From: Zancudomyces culisetae HAW-14-8
Taxonomy: Eukaryota > Fungi > Kickxellomycota
Assembly (NCBI GenBank): GCA_052426225.1
Contig: JBNJNM010000006.1
Coordinates: 496,001-560,000, forward strand
Length of the DNA: 64,000 bases
Reading direction: 5' to 3'
Shown: positions 62,660-64,000 of the stretch, one piece after another
Numbering within the stretch: position 1 is the first letter of the stretch
How the letters are laid out: every line of letters begins with the position of its first letter
Notes under the pieces: model-generated
What the model saw: the letters and a program-made list of their open reading frames with translations, nothing else
Databases searched by the model: none
What the model was told of the DNA's origin: nothing
Program-made: the position numbers and the translations under genes

Positions 62660-64000
62660 TGCTGCAAATGCTTTCCTGTCAATAGGTTGCGAATCAAAAC
62701 AAAGTGTGCGCGCTAGTGTGACTTTACAAAGTCATAAAAGATCTATCAGTTGTATGGATATATAACTTTAGCTATTTCAGCGACAAGCCAGAGCTATTCG
62801 TAGAAATAAAGCTAATAGCGAAAAAAAAAAGAGCCTTGTAGTCAGAAAACGAGTTTGTGTGGTAGTTTAGCCCTTTTTTTTTAGTTGCTATTTAATTTCC
62901 CGGGTCATGCGTCCTTTGATAGGCGGACAAAATTCTGAAAATAGTGCACTATTTGCTGGAAAAAATTTTTACTTTTTTTGCAAGCCTCAGATAACATTAG
63001 AATGATATGGATTCTGGACTGGAGTAGTAGATTAGATGAAAAAAAAGACTATATTGATTTATACTGTTGGAGCTCGAAGGCAGAAGGGCTAAGACTAATA
63101 GTTTTTTGGTTTGCAAGCCTATCTGGTAGTAGCTGCCTAAAAAAAAATTTTCAGAAGAGTTTGGGTTATTTTTTCAAACAAAAAATACTGGCTGGCCTTA
63201 TGTAAACACACAAATCACTCCATTTTCAGCTTTGAGGGTTAGGCGAAAAACTCGGAAATGTATATCAAAAGCAATTGTACCAAAAAGTGAATGATGTGGT
63301 GGCAAAAGGCAGAGACCAGACTCCCAAATTCCAGACTTTACGTTTAGACAAACAAAAAGCATCAAATCGGATGTTGTACTCTTACTATTTATGTGTTTTT
63401 GTATCTTGTGCTTGCGAAAATTTCGATTAAATAATTGCAAGTATTAAGACACATATTAATCAAAGATTTGTAACTAGAGTAAAAGTAGTATAGACTAATG
63501 ATAATGGCTTCAACGATCTTTTCATCGATGTTGCGTGGAAGAAAAAATAAAATAAATGAGTATTTAGTACACAGATTTCAAATCAAAACGGTGCTTTATT
63601 CGCAGTGTTTTACTCCTGAAGAAATATACATTCCATTACTACATATTTGCATTATAGCTATCTGGCTGACTGTGTATGGTTTCATAAAACGATTACATGT
63701 ACACTCAAAACCGCTAATGTAACTACGGTGAATACTTTCAAACTGTAATAAAGAAAGTCACTACAAAATATAATCATCATTAATGATAATGATTAAGTAT
63801 CTAAGACCCATATGGTATCCAAAGGTGTTATGATGGTATGTTTTTGTCATGATCTTGCTAGATACATATCTTATTTAATCTTCAAGATAGTACCAACCGT
63901 ATTGGTGTTCCTGGAACCCAGCTTGAAATTCCATACCAGTTTTCCGCTTTTTAAAGCGTACTTTTGAAACTAACCTGCTCTTATTTTTGCTCATTTTTTC

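Noticed and set aside
1-64000. Selenoprotein genes or tRNA-Sec near eEFSec
   Set aside because: No gene with a conserved in-frame TGA and no UCA-anticodon cloverleaf recognised by eye. A Secmarker/Seblastian run is needed to exclude them.

Overview
AT-rich, gene-dense window from an intron-containing early-diverging fungal genome (Zoopagomycota/Harpellales-like by inference). About 25 protein-coding genes can be supported, many needing manual splicing: INO1 (partial), Cyp40/CPR6, a minimal Ac45/Voa1-like membrane protein, a 9-exon selenocysteine-specific elongation factor (eEFSec), two divergent Gly-rich paralogues flanking an orphan secreted protein, COX18, QCR6, TCTP, an isolated MATA-type HMG-box gene, a Zds_C/SERTA-like protein, SDA1, an SS18/SSXT protein, fused siroheme synthase, RNPS1, YRA1/ALYREF, a giant WDR24/Sea2, GET4, FCF1, a metaxin/Sam35-like protein, NPR2, GPN3, mL40, ZNHIT2 and a PRS. 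The highlights are (1) intact Sec-insertion machinery in a fungus and (2) an intronless sex/Ste11-type HMG gene in a ~12 kb gene-poor island whose upstream region is strand-specifically enriched in HMG-type WWCAAAG sites, a candidate mating-type or sexual-development regulator. Also notable are (3) a hidden paralogue pair sharing one helical domain, one carrying a 68-aa G/P/Q/Y repeat, and (4) several candidate structured ncRNAs. No transposon, tRNA, rRNA or CRISPR was recognised. All family calls come from motif recognition by eye, not database searches.
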